A stretch of 64,000 nucleotides of DNA from a virus. This document shows, in pieces, positions 49,414 to 59,744 of the stretch. The notes beneath the pieces were generated by a model. It saw only the letters and a program-made list of their open reading frames with translations. It did not search any database and had not been told where the DNA came from. Within the stretch, counting starts at the first letter, position 1. Each line of letters starts with the position of its first letter. The DNA lies in IMG/VR virus record IMGVR_UViG_3300044825_001821, positions 1-64,000 of that record. One strand, written 5' to 3'. The position numbers and the translations under genes were made by a program.

Positions 49414-50262
49414 ATGATAATCTTTGATTACAACCAAGTTGCCATCTCTTCATTGATGGAACAAATCGGCTCATCTAAGAAACCGGTTGAAGAGGCATTG
49501 GTGCGACACATGATATTGAATGTGATACGCACCTATGTCAAAAAATTTAAATCTACTCACGGTCCCGAAGTTGTCATTGCATGTGACAATCGTAACTATT
49601 GGCGCCGTGAGTTTTTTCCTCAATACAAAGGATCACGTAAGAAAACACGTGATGCATCTGGTCACGACTGGAATTCTATCTTTGAATGTCTACACAAGAT
49701 CAAAGAAGAATTGAAGGATCATTCGCCATATAAAGTTGTTGATGTTGACACCGCTGAGGCTGATGACATCATTGCCACATTGGCCATTCGACAATCTTTA
49801 CATGAAAAGGTGATGATTCTTTCATCAGATAAAGACTTTGCACAGTTGCAGCGTTTCGACAATATCGAACAATATTCACCCATACTGAAAAAGTTCATCA
49901 AAGAACCTTTGCCGACGGTGCAACTAAAGCAGATGATTATTCGTGGTGACAAGGGTGATGGTATACCAAACATTCTAACGCAAGATAATGTATTCATTGA
50001 AGGCGGTCGTCAAAAGCCTATCACTGAAGCTAAGATTATAAATTGGCTGAATCAAAAGCCAGAAGATTTTTGTAATGACGATATGCTGCGTAACTACAAG
50101 CGCAACGAACTTTTGATTGACTTGACAAAAGTTCCAGAAACATTACAGAAAACTATTATAGATACATATGATGCTGCTACTGGTCACACTAAACAGCATT
50201 TTATGAATTACATGATTGCAAACAAACTAAAAAATTTGATTGAGGTAATTGATGAGTTCTGA
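49414..50262 (+). CDS. rnh: T4-type RNase H (5'-3' exonuclease)
   Basis: YWRR..FPQYK, EADDII, SSDKDF, GDKGDGIPN. Confidence 0.92.
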   Translation: MIIFDYNQVAISSLMEQIGSSKKPVEEALVRHMILNVIRTYVKKFKSTHGPEVVIACDNRNYWRREFFPQYKGSRKKTRDASGHDWNSIFECLHKIKEELKDHSPYKVVDVDTAEADDIIATLAIRQSLHEKVMILSSDKDFAQLQRFDNIEQYSPILKKFIKEPLPTVQLKQMIIRGDKGDGIPNILTQDNVFIEGGRQKPITEAKIINWLNQKPEDFCNDDMLRNYKRNELLIDLTKVPETLQKTIIDTYDAATGHTKQHFMNYMIANKLKNLIEVIDEF

Positions 50263-50683
50263 GAAACTATACTCCGAAATATTTGAGGAGTTTGAAAAAG
50301 CAACAACCAAACAAGAACGAATAAACATTCTACGCCGTGAAGGCGATGAACGTTTTCGTTTCTTTCTTCAATTAGTATTCAATCCTGCCATAGAATTTGA
50401 CATCTCATTGCCCGATAAGTATCGGCCAGCAAAAGAACCTGCTGGTTTGAACTATGCCTATCTTGACACACAGATGCCAAAGATGTATCGATTCATAAAG
50501 AACCATCCTATGCGCCCCGAAGGTTTCACCGCAGAAAAAACTACACAACAACTTTTAGTAATGATTGAATCATTGCACCGTGATGAAGCAGCAATCATAC
50601 TCAAAGTTTTACAAAAAGATTTTAAAGTAAAACACCTAACACCCAATTTAGTAAAAGAAGCATTTCCTGATTTGATCATATAA
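50249..50683 (+). CDS. Conserved T4-like hypothetical protein
   Basis: ESLHRDEA, VKEAFPDL; follows rnh. Confidence 0.6.
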   Translation: MMSSEKLYSEIFEEFEKATTKQERINILRREGDERFRFFLQLVFNPAIEFDISLPDKYRPAKEPAGLNYAYLDTQMPKMYRFIKNHPMRPEGFTAEKTTQQLLVMIESLHRDEAAIILKVLQKDFKVKHLTPNLVKEAFPDLII

Positions 50684-50696
50684 TGAAAGGTAAAAA

Positions 50697-51455
50697 ATGA
50701 AAGTAGCGGTCGTAACACCAACAATTGGAGCGTCAACACTTGCACAATGTGTTGATAGTGTACAGAAACAAACTTATGACAATCTAACACATTATATTTT
50801 TGTTGATGGTGACGAATATACAGACAAAGTTTTAGAGGTCATGAATAATGCTTCTGATAAGGGAATAAAAGGAGTATTTCTTGAAGAAAATGTTGGCAAA
50901 GGTTGGTATGGTCATCGTGTATATGCTGCATGTCCTTATCTTGTTAATGCTGATGCTGTATGTTACCTCGATGAAGATAATTGGTTTGAGCCTAATCACA
51001 TTGAGAAACTGGTGGAGAGAATTCAAAAAGGCGCCGACTGGGCGTTCTCTTTGAGAAAAATTTTTAATAAAGATGGTGAATATGTTTGTGATGATAACTG
51101 TGAATCATTAGGCCAGTGGCCAATTTATTTTAACCCCGATGCATTTCATATTGATACATCGGCATTCATGGTGAAGATGCAACCAGCACGTTCGTTGTCA
51201 TCAATGTGGTATGGTCAATGGGGTGCAGATAGACAGTTCTTCAATGCACTGAAACAATACTTTCCTAATTTTTCTTGTTCGAAACAATATTCACTGTGCT
51301 ATCGACTAGATGGTAATCCAAATTCTGTGACCGCAGAATTCTTTGAAAAGGGCAACGCCGAAAATGCTAAAAAATATTCAAATGGCTTTCCTTGGCAAAA
51401 GCAATACTCGGAAGAATATGTTGTCGGTCCCGGCATTACCATAGTGAGTGGCTAA
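50697..51455 (+). CDS. Family 2 glycosyltransferase
   Basis: VVTPT, SVQKQTY, FVDG, YLDEDNW, GAD. Confidence 0.85.
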   Translation: MKVAVVTPTIGASTLAQCVDSVQKQTYDNLTHYIFVDGDEYTDKVLEVMNNASDKGIKGVFLEENVGKGWYGHRVYAACPYLVNADAVCYLDEDNWFEPNHIEKLVERIQKGADWAFSLRKIFNKDGEYVCDDNCESLGQWPIYFNPDAFHIDTSAFMVKMQPARSLSSMWYGQWGADRQFFNALKQYFPNFSCSKQYSLCYRLDGNPNSVTAEFFEKGNAENAKKYSNGFPWQKQYSEEYVVGPGITIVSG

Positions 51456-51634
51456 TGACTGAAACACACAAGAGAACAATTGTAAGAGCAATCAGTTGGC
51501 GTATCGTAGCAACTTTAGTTACGGCAGCATTTACTGGTTTGTCTGGCGCAATCGTAATTAATATTTTTATGACGGTGGCTCACTATATTCATGAAAGAGC
51601 ATGGTTAAAATTTAATTGGGGTAAAACCGAATGA
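51455..51634 (+). CDS. DUF2061-like small membrane protein
   Basis: ETHKRTIVRAISWR, YIHERAW. Confidence 0.7.
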   Translation: MTETHKRTIVRAISWRIVATLVTAAFTGLSGAIVINIFMTVAHYIHERAWLKFNWGKTE

Positions 51635-52623
51635 GATCAGCATTGGTAACTGGTGGTGCAGGTTATCTTGGTTCACATTTAGCAAAAGCACTCAAACAAG
51701 CAGGGTATTATACCTTCTGTTTTGATTTGATGCTTCCGGAAAATAAAAAGTATTGGGACAATCACACAACCGGTGATGTCAGAAATTTGAACGACCTGTA
51801 TGAAACATTTGAATATTTTCAAAGGGTCAATCAAAAAAAATTTGATGTAGTGTTTCACCTTGCTGGCTTGATTGAAGTCGGTGAATCTGTTCACAAGCCA
51901 GAAAAGTATTGGCAAGTGAACGTAGGTGGCACTTGCAACCTACTTAACATAATGAGAGAATTTGATGTTAGGAATATTGTTTATTCTTCTACTGCCGGCG
52001 TTTATCGTTCTCAGTTTACTAGCCTCTCAGAGAAAGCGGAAATAGAAGATAATAATCCATATGCCAGTAGTAAGTATGCTGCCGAATGTGCGATTCGTAA
52101 TTCTACGATGAATTATCTAATTTTTAGATTCTTCAATCTAGCCGGTGCTGATCCTGATGGTGAGATGGGTGAATGTCATGAGCCAGAAACACATTTGATT
52201 CCGTTGATGTTCAAAAGTCTAAATAATGAAGAGTTCATCATATATGGAAACGATTATCAAACGGTAGATGGTACATGTGTTCGTGATTATGTGCATGTGT
52301 CTGACGTTGCACAAGCACATGTGTTGGCTGACGAATATCTACAAAGAAAAGGAAACAATCAGCCTAGATTATTAAATCTAGGCACCGGTAAAGGTTATAC
52401 TGTATTACAAGTGATAGAGGCTGCTAAACAGGAACTAAACGTTCCAATTCAATACAAAATCGGTAAACGGAGAGAAGGCGACCCACGACGATTGGTTGCC
52501 AACTCCGATGCCGCCAAAGAACATCTTAATTTCAAACCTAAGCATGATTTAAAATCTATTTTGAGAACGGCATATAATTGGTATGAGCGACAAAGAGAAC
52601 GAAGTACAGGAAGTTCAGTTTGA
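51631..52623 (+). CDS. galE: UDP-glucose 4-epimerase
   Basis: TGGAGYLGSH, YASSK, HEPETHLIP, DGTCVRDYVHV. Confidence 0.9.
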   Translation: MRSALVTGGAGYLGSHLAKALKQAGYYTFCFDLMLPENKKYWDNHTTGDVRNLNDLYETFEYFQRVNQKKFDVVFHLAGLIEVGESVHKPEKYWQVNVGGTCNLLNIMREFDVRNIVYSSTAGVYRSQFTSLSEKAEIEDNNPYASSKYAAECAIRNSTMNYLIFRFFNLAGADPDGEMGECHEPETHLIPLMFKSLNNEEFIIYGNDYQTVDGTCVRDYVHVSDVAQAHVLADEYLQRKGNNQPRLLNLGTGKGYTVLQVIEAAKQELNVPIQYKIGKRREGDPRRLVANSDAAKEHLNFKPKHDLKSILRTAYNWYERQRERSTGSSV

Positions 52624-53125
52624 ACATTATGCACACTTTTTGTCGGGCACTATCGATCCCACAAACATTGAGGCTGCATCACGCTGGCTGCTTTATGCAA
52701 AGTTCAACAAGATTGAAAAACCACTGACACTTCACATTAACTCAGAGGGTGGCAATCTAGGTGATGCCATAGGTCTTGCAGACTTAATGCGTGGTCTTAA
52801 TGTAACTGTTCGCACACTTGCGTACGGCAATCTAATGAGTGCAGCATTTGTAGTGTTTGCTGCTGGTGAAAAAGGTTATCGTGCAGTAGGTAAAAATACA
52901 ACCGTGATGATTCACCAATTCAATGATGAGATGGGTGGCAAGTACCATGACATGCGGGCGTATGCCAAAGAGTGTGACAGATATCATCACAAGATGGCAA
53001 AGATTCTTTCCGACTGTTCAAAACTGTCGGTCAAAGATGTGAAATCCAAGTTTCTGCGGCCAACTGATGTTTGGTTGACGGCAGAAGAGTTGGTAGAGTA
53101 TGGTATTGCAGATATTATCTTTTAG
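52583..53125 (+). CDS. clpP: ClpP-like protease subunit
   Basis: INSEGG, MSAA, MIHQ, DVWLTAEELVEYGIAD. Confidence 0.85.
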   Translation: MSDKENEVQEVQFEHYAHFLSGTIDPTNIEAASRWLLYAKFNKIEKPLTLHINSEGGNLGDAIGLADLMRGLNVTVRTLAYGNLMSAAFVVFAAGEKGYRAVGKNTTVMIHQFNDEMGGKYHDMRAYAKECDRYHHKMAKILSDCSKLSVKDVKSKFLRPTDVWLTAEELVEYGIADIIF

Positions 53126-53457
53126 GAGCAATAAATATGTTGTCTGGCGGTAAGAAATACCAAAAACCGAAGAAAACTAAATTTCATAAAAATCGTGAGC
53201 AGTATGAGAATCAACAATTGAAGAATCAAAAGCATCATGACAAGTCTCTGTACCGCTTGCTCAAGCAGGAAAAAGATTATGTCATATAAAGAACAAATCA
53301 GAAAACGTATACGTGAACTTGAAGCAAAAATTGCTGAAACTAACGTTGATAAGGTTCAACTAGAAAGTCTGCGTTCTGAACTAGCCAGATTGAATATGCA
53401 AGACTTTGAAGAAGATTTGCGTACCGAAGGACAGCAACTTCTTAAAGGCTAATATTA

Positions 53458-53493
53458 AGTCTCCTGTTCGTATAAATAAGCGAATAGGAGACT
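53458..53493 (+). promoter_or_regulatory. RBS-sequestering hairpin with T4 late promoter TATAAATA in its loop
   Basis: AGTCTCCTGTTCG-TATAAATAAG-CGAATAGGAGACT. Confidence 0.8.
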
Positions 53494-53496
53494 GTT

Positions 53497-54186
53497 ATGC
53501 CATTAAATAGAATTTACACCGATGCTATTTACGATCTCAATGTAAGAGGAAGTAAAATAGCCACAAATGCCATTCGTGGCAATAATATCGTAGCCGGCCA
53601 AATCACCGGCAATTTAATTGGTACTGGCGCCATCAGCGCAAATCATTATGCTGGTGGTGGAGTAACCTCAGATGTCCTAGCGGCAAATCTCTCTCTTTCG
53701 ATAGCACGTGTTACCGAAAGAATCGAAATAAATAGCACCGTAGTTGGTTCTAACAGTCAAAGTGGAACTAATGTCTATATCGACGTTGCTAATTCCTCTG
53801 TATACTATTTCACTTCAAACACCACAGGAAACGTAACTCTTGCTTTCCGAGGTTCTGGTGCTTCTCCTAATCCAACACGATTTGATGCTGCTGTCAATGT
53901 AGGCAACACCGTATCGGCGGTTGTTATGCTCAGAAGTAATACTGTTGCTGGTCGTGCTGGAGTCAATGTTAGTATCGATGGTGGTTACATATCAACCACA
54001 AGATCAGACTTAACTACGGGTAACGTAGTTTTCTATGCTGGTAACACTGTTCCCGTTTTTGATCCTTTAGTCGGAACAGTACCAACTACTGCACTTGAGA
54101 CTAACATATTAGGCATCAATATAATTAAACGTGCAGCCAATTCTTATTTCGTTTTCGTTTCTAATACTGTTTTTGGTTTGGGATAA
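53497..54186 (+). CDS. Putative tail fibre/adhesin-associated protein
   Basis: Late promoter; N/T/S/V-rich beta protein. Confidence 0.5.
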   Translation: MPLNRIYTDAIYDLNVRGSKIATNAIRGNNIVAGQITGNLIGTGAISANHYAGGGVTSDVLAANLSLSIARVTERIEINSTVVGSNSQSGTNVYIDVANSSVYYFTSNTTGNVTLAFRGSGASPNPTRFDAAVNVGNTVSAVVMLRSNTVAGRAGVNVSIDGGYISTTRSDLTTGNVVFYAGNTVPVFDPLVGTVPTTALETNILGINIIKRAANSYFVFVSNTVFGLG

Positions 54187-54189
54187 TAA

Positions 54190-56736
54190 ATGCCTCCTAT
54201 TTTATCTTCTTTTGGTTCTAGTTCTCTTTTTTCTTGGGGTTTTGGTAGAAGAGGTGGAACGCTTTTCAATGTAATTCGTCAATTTAATTCTTCTGGACTA
54301 TTAACTCTACCCACAGACGTTACGTCAATTGACTATCTTGTGGTTGCTGGTGGCGGTGGTGGCGGCGGTGGTCGGGGTGGACAACACAACGGTGGTGGTG
54401 GTGGTGCCGGTGGCCTTTTAACTGGATCAGGACTTACAGTAACGGGTGGCACAACTTGGTCAATTATTGTTGGTGCGGGTGGTCCCGGAACGATGCCTGG
54501 TTTGGGTGGTCAATCTGGTTCCAATTCTGGTCTATGGCAAGGCACGACTTCTTTCTGGTGTTATGGTGGCGGTGCAGGCGGTGGCGCAGAGGGGGCTGGC
54601 GGTGGTAGTGGCGGTGCTGATGGTGGCTCTGGCGGTGGTGGTAGTGGACCAAACCCATCAGGAGCGGGCCGAGGTGTTTATCCAGGAAGTGGTTATGTAA
54701 ACGCACCAAGACAGCAAGGATTTGACGGAGTGCAACCAACTGGTGGTGGCGGTGGTGCCGGAAGTGCTGCTGGTCCAAATACTGGTATCTTAGACAATCG
54801 AACTGGTGGTAGGGGTGTGTTCTCATCAATCACTGGTTCAAATACTGGTTATGCAGGCGGTGGTGGAGCATCTGAATGGTATGGTGGTGGTGGCACTACA
54901 GGATTTACTCTTTATGGTGCGGCTAATGGTTCAGCATATCCAGCACCTGGTATAGCACCACCTAATGCAAGAGCCGGTAGTGGCTCTGGTGGTGGGGGTG
55001 GAAGTGCTGGAAATCCAAATCATGGTTCTGCTGGTGGTTCGGGTGTTGTTGTTGTAAAGTATAGCACTGCTGCTACACCATTTGGAACATTGTCACAATC
55101 ATTCACTACATCAGGTTCATGGGTTGTTCCAACAGGCATCAGTTATATGAATTATATGTTGGTTGCTGGTGGTGGCGGAGGAGGTGGCGCAGGTCCTGGC
55201 TCACACAATGCTGGCGGTGGTGGCGCTGGCGGTGTTGTATTGGCGTATGGTGTTCCAGTGACTCCAGGACAAACATATACTGTAACAGTTGGTGGTGGCG
55301 GAAATGGTCCAACTCCAGGAACTCAAGGGTCACAAGGTTCTAATACATCAATTTCAGGACCCGCTATTGGAGTTGCACCATCATTTTCTGCAAATGCTGT
55401 TGGCGGTGGATTTGGTGCTGGTTACATGAATGGAAATGGTCCATCTGGTGCGGGCGGTAATGGTGGTTCTGGAGGTGGTGCACCAAATGGTTGGAACGCT
55501 GTTTGGGCTGGAGGGGTGAGTGTTTATCCTAGCAGTCCTTATATAAATTTTCCAACAAGACAAGGACATGATGGTGGTGGCAGTGATGGTTCTATGGGTG
55601 GTGGTGGCGGCGCTGGTGGACCTGGTAGAACAGGTAATAACTTATGGGATCGTAATTTTTCTGGTGGCCAAGGAATTTGGTCAACAATAACAGGATCGAA
55701 TACAGGATACGCCGGTGGCGGAGGCTATGGTGCTGGTGCCGGGGCGTTTCAATGGGGCGGTGCTAATGGTGCATCTTGGCCAGTCGGTTCATTTGTTGCT
55801 GGTACTCCTAATACTGGCGGTGGGGGTGGTGGTGGATATAATGCTGGTCCAACGGGAGGATCACAAGGTGGTTCTGGAATTGGTGTAATTAGTTGGCAAG
55901 TCTCTTTTGGAAATCCAAACACAGGTTCACAATCATTTACATCAACGGGTTCTGGAACTTGGGTTGTACCAACAGGAATTCAAGTAATTGATTATCTTGT
56001 TATTGGCGGTGGTGGCGGTGGTGGTGGTGCCAGAAATGGACAACACAATGGTGGTGGCGGTGGTGCTGGCGGTTATGTTTTTGGCAGCTCATTCCCCGTA
56101 AATTCAGGCGCATCTTATACGGTCGTTGTTGGAGCCGGCGGACCGGGTTCAACACCAGGTGGTGGCGGTTCTGCGGGTTCAAACTCAGGATTTTATGATG
56201 CATCTACGTCTGTGTGGGCTTATGGTGGTGGACAAGGCGGCGGCGCTCAAGACAGTGGTGGGGGCGGCGGCGGCGGTGCAGGTGGTTCTGGAGGTGGCGG
56301 TTCTGGACCAAATCCTTCTGGAGGCGGTGCGGGAGTTTATCCAGGCAGTTCGTATGTTAGTGCGCCAAGACAAGGCTATAATGGTGCTGGTGGAGGAGGT
56401 GGAACTGGTGCTGGCGGTGGTGCAGGGGGTGCCGGCGCTCAACCAACCGGAGGCATAGGAATTTTTTCTACGATTACAGGTTCCAATGTGGGCTACGCCG
56501 GTGGCGGAGGAGCCGTATCTTCAAACGGCACTGGATTGGGAACAAGTTCGTGGGGTGGAGGACATGGTGGCCAAGGTCCAGCATCACCAGCTACCGCAGG
56601 GGCAACAAATCGTGGCGGTGGTGGCGGTGGTGGTGCTGCACCAACTGGTCCAACTCAAAGTGCTGCTGGTGGTTCCGGTGTGGTTATTTTCGGTTGGAGA
56701 GCACCAACTCCAGGAGTTAATCCACAACCAAGCTAA
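54190..56736 (+). CDS. Glycine-rich fibre-like protein with three tandem domains
   Basis: Three repeats of P.G/D...YL/ML.VAGGGGGG...GGGGAGG...YAGGGG...GGSGVV. Confidence 0.75.
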   Translation: MPPILSSFGSSSLFSWGFGRRGGTLFNVIRQFNSSGLLTLPTDVTSIDYLVVAGGGGGGGGRGGQHNGGGGGAGGLLTGSGLTVTGGTTWSIIVGAGGPGTMPGLGGQSGSNSGLWQGTTSFWCYGGGAGGGAEGAGGGSGGADGGSGGGGSGPNPSGAGRGVYPGSGYVNAPRQQGFDGVQPTGGGGGAGSAAGPNTGILDNRTGGRGVFSSITGSNTGYAGGGGASEWYGGGGTTGFTLYGAANGSAYPAPGIAPPNARAGSGSGGGGGSAGNPNHGSAGGSGVVVVKYSTAATPFGTLSQSFTTSGSWVVPTGISYMNYMLVAGGGGGGGAGPGSHNAGGGGAGGVVLAYGVPVTPGQTYTVTVGGGGNGPTPGTQGSQGSNTSISGPAIGVAPSFSANAVGGGFGAGYMNGNGPSGAGGNGGSGGGAPNGWNAVWAGGVSVYPSSPYINFPTRQGHDGGGSDGSMGGGGGAGGPGRTGNNLWDRNFSGGQGIWSTITGSNTGYAGGGGYGAGAGAFQWGGANGASWPVGSFVAGTPNTGGGGGGGYNAGPTGGSQGGSGIGVISWQVSFGNPNTGSQSFTSTGSGTWVVPTGIQVIDYLVIGGGGGGGGARNGQHNGGGGGAGGYVFGSSFPVNSGASYTVVVGAGGPGSTPGGGGSAGSNSGFYDASTSVWAYGGGQGGGAQDSGGGGGGGAGGSGGGGSGPNPSGGGAGVYPGSSYVSAPRQGYNGAGGGGGTGAGGGAGGAGAQPTGGIGIFSTITGSNVGYAGGGGAVSSNGTGLGTSSWGGGHGGQGPASPATAGATNRGGGGGGGAAPTGPTQSAAGGSGVVIFGWRAPTPGVNPQPS

Positions 56737-56757
56737 TGTTGTAAAAAAACAACACAC

Positions 56758-56786
56758 TTGACAAGGGTAGGTTAACGTAGTACAAT
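56758..56786 (+). promoter_or_regulatory. Sigma70-type promoter
   Basis: TTGACA-17-TACAATgg. Confidence 0.8.
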
Positions 56787-56795
56787 GGTTGTACT

Positions 56796-57152
56796 ATGAA
56801 AACCTTGCCCTCTATTGGTTCGACAGTTACCGTAAATTGTCAATATATTACCAAATCTTCTACGTTTACAGGCGTAGTTGTCAATCCGTATCGTTGGCTC
56901 GGTGCCGACGAATTTTGTTTACAAACTAGCAATCCAGACTTTCCAATATCTGTTATCAATCTTGTAAATGTTGTCGATTTGAAAATACTTAAAGGTTCGA
57001 CAACAAATATTCGAAAGTTTAAAGTTGCCGGCTCAAAAGGTGAATATTTTGTAACATTGTCAGGAGAGCATTATTCTTGTACCTGTATAGGTTTCAAATA
57101 TCACAGCAAATGCAAACACATAACAAAAGTGAAACAAAAGCTTGCCAAATAA
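56796..57152 (+). CDS. SWIM zinc-finger protein
   Basis: YSCTCIGFKYHSKCKH. Confidence 0.8.
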   Translation: MKTLPSIGSTVTVNCQYITKSSTFTGVVVNPYRWLGADEFCLQTSNPDFPISVINLVNVVDLKILKGSTTNIRKFKVAGSKGEYFVTLSGEHYSCTCIGFKYHSKCKHITKVKQKLAK

Positions 57153-57156
57153 ATTC

Positions 57157-57185
57157 TTGACAAGTAGCCCACCTACTGATACAAT
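57157..57185 (+). promoter_or_regulatory. Sigma70-type promoter
   Basis: TTGACA-17-TACAATgg. Confidence 0.8.
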
Positions 57186-57194
57186 GGTTATATT

Positions 57195-57587
57195 ATGATG
57201 ATTCGTATATACTCCAGTTCGAAGAAAAAGAAGTTGACGAAAAAACAATTGCAAGAACAGCAAGATTTTATTTCGTCAATCAACAAGATACCGTTGCCAT
57301 CTGGCGGTCGGTTTCCTGCTGCTGCACCTAAGAAAGTAAAAGCAAAGCCCGTATTTTCGTATACACCTCCACGTGAGACTGTACGTGCGCCGTCTTTGCC
57401 TGATACTCACAAGGGTGCGTTGACTAAAACTGGTATTATGAAAGATTACCACAAACTCTCATCTTCTGACCGTGAGATTGTGGCAGATGTTGCTTCTTGC
57501 ACGGCGCCATTACACAAAGGTAATTATGTTTATGTTACCGAAGGTATGAACCCTGCAAGCCTTGGTCGGAAAAACGAGGTATTGTAA
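57195..57587 (+). CDS. Basic hypothetical protein
   Basis: APLHKGNYVYV motif. Confidence 0.55.
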   Translation: MMIRIYSSSKKKKLTKKQLQEQQDFISSINKIPLPSGGRFPAAAPKKVKAKPVFSYTPPRETVRAPSLPDTHKGALTKTGIMKDYHKLSSSDREIVADVASCTAPLHKGNYVYVTEGMNPASLGRKNEVL

Positions 57588-57590
57588 TGC

Positions 57591-57619
57591 TTGACAAGTT
57601 GGTCATTCAATGCTATACT
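57591..57619 (+). promoter_or_regulatory. Sigma70-type promoter
   Basis: TTGACA-17-TATACTgg. Confidence 0.8.
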
Positions 57620-57653
57620 GGTATTTCTTATTTTGTTAATGGAGATTGTTATT

Positions 57654-58091
57654 ATGGCACGTACTAAATCTGGTGAACTTGCACCATATGTGAAACTTCT
57701 TGCGCTGTTGCAAGATGGCAATGTTGTTACGAAAGACGATATCGATGCCAAACTTGGCAAAGATATTCATGTGTATCGACTTTCGACTTATGTTTGGGAG
57801 ATTAAGTCTAAGACTCCTGGCGTAGTGAAAGTTATCAAAGACGGTAAGGCCGTATCTGGTTATCAGATTACGAACCCTGCTGAAGTAAAAACGTTTCTTG
57901 CTTCACAAACAGGTATCAGTAACTTTGTACCTGGCACAGGCAATGTTACACCTTCTAACAGCAAATTTGCAAACAAACCAGTGAAATCTCTTTCTTCACT
58001 GAAAGCAAAGCCTGCTAAAACTAAAGTAACAAAACCTACTAAGGTCGAAGCACCCGTGGTTGAGGATGAAGTAACTGAAATCACTGAATAA
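57654..58091 (+). CDS. Putative winged-helix DNA-binding protein
   Basis: GGAG RBS; helix-turn-helix-like N-half followed by a Lys/Pro-rich tail. Confidence 0.45.
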   Translation: MARTKSGELAPYVKLLALLQDGNVVTKDDIDAKLGKDIHVYRLSTYVWEIKSKTPGVVKVIKDGKAVSGYQITNPAEVKTFLASQTGISNFVPGTGNVTPSNSKFANKPVKSLSSLKAKPAKTKVTKPTKVEAPVVEDEVTEITE

Positions 58092-58684
58092 TCGGTTTCG
58101 GGGTGATAGCCGTCAGCAAGGCAATAGGCTCATCATTAAACGACAATGAATGTCGGGAGACATCCATGCGCCCCACTTTTATAAGGTGAACTATGTCTAA
58201 ACTTAAAGAATGGTTTGTTGCCAAATATCTTGAGATTGAGGCACAAGCCATTAAATCTATTGATACTGCAAATTTCTATGGTAATCTATTTACTGAACGA
58301 CAGAAGCTTTACATAATCGCTACGTTCATGGCTCTTATGGCTATGGCGGGCGCACATGGCGCTGTACAGTTTATAGGTCTAATTTATATTATGAACAAAT
58401 TGACTCCCGAGGATAAAGATGAAAGCTAAGTTTCTTTTTCTTGTGCCTTTGCTTGCACTGACTGCTTGTGCTTCTACTACACGTGATCCTGTTCACAATC
58501 CGCAAGGTCTTACAAATGAAGATTTGATTAAAACTCAAATTGCAAAAATGGAAGCCATGCAGCGTGATATGGAACGCCGTGAACAGGAATTGAAGATGCA
58601 ACATATTAAAGAATTGCATCAAACACAAATGCAAAGCAAAGCACCACACACGATCAACACAAACTGTAAGTTTTTCTGTTTCTG

Positions 58685-59227
58685 ATGAATATCTTTTATC
58701 TAGATCACAATCCGAAAACGTGCGCCGAATACCACTGTGACAAACACGTGGTAAAAATGATTATTGAGTATGCACAACTCATGTCAACGGCGCATCGTAT
58801 TCTTGATGGTAAAGATTATTACGATTTGACTGCAAATGGTCGTAAAATCAAACGCTGGCTGTTGCCAGATGAACGTGAAGATGCATTGATGAAAGCATCA
58901 CATGTTAGTCACCCATCAAATGTTTGGGCACGACAGAATGATAGTAACTACATATGGCTGTATCAAATGTGGCTTGCATTGTGTAAAGAATATACACACC
59001 GTTACGGCAAAATACATTCTGTAGAAACACGATTGGTGTATGCATTACTTAGACTGCCGAACAATATAAGTGAAGGTGCCTTTACTGAACCTACACCAGC
59101 AATGCCAGATGAATGTAAAATAGTGAATGATTCGTTAGCATCATATCATAAATATTACAATGAAAAGAAAACACGGTTTGCACGATGGACAAAACGTCCT
59201 ATGCCAAACTGGTATTTACCTGCATAA
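58685..59227 (+). CDS. Pyrimidine-dimer DNA glycosylase-like protein
   Basis: MNIFYLD...A..HCDKHVVKM, HP..W, EYTHRYGK.H. Confidence 0.8.
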   Translation: MNIFYLDHNPKTCAEYHCDKHVVKMIIEYAQLMSTAHRILDGKDYYDLTANGRKIKRWLLPDEREDALMKASHVSHPSNVWARQNDSNYIWLYQMWLALCKEYTHRYGKIHSVETRLVYALLRLPNNISEGAFTEPTPAMPDECKIVNDSLASYHKYYNEKKTRFARWTKRPMPNWYLPA

Positions 59228-59532
59228 TGCCAACATACGATTTTATAAACACTGAAACGGGTGAGATATTCTCCAGACTGATGAAGATATCAGAGTATGG
59301 AGAATATCTCAAAGAAAATCCACACATCGAACTCATTCATTTGGGTGCTGCCGCCACCGTAGGCGGCGTATCTATCAAAGACAAAGTACCAGACGGTTTC
59401 AAAGAAGTTCTGGCAAAAGTTTCCGAGAATCACAAACAATCTTCTGTGGCTAATCGTCACGGCAAAAAGGGCATTAAAGAATCACAAACACAAAGAATTG
59501 TTGACAAGCATTTAGGAAAATTTGGGCAGTAA
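59228..59532 (+). CDS. Conserved T4-like small protein (MPTYDF start)
   Basis: MPTYDF.N..TGE, GFKEVL. Confidence 0.55.
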
Positions 59533-59744
59533 ATATATTATGCGAACCTTTACTCAGGAGCGTATATGACTAAAAAATCTTTGCAGAAAAGAGTAGCACT
59601 ACTGAATGAATACATCACAAGAGAAATAGAAAAAGAAATGTCAAATGAAATCACACAGATGGAAAGAGACAACACTGCAAAGATAGAAAAGAAGTATCCA
59701 AGACAAAATTATCCATATCATAGTCGAAGTCACTACATTACATA

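Noticed and set aside
54190-56736. Repeats in the glycine-rich gene as DGR template/variable repeats
   Set aside because: Differences are not adenine-specific by eye and no reverse transcriptase is present; they are diverged protein-domain repeats.
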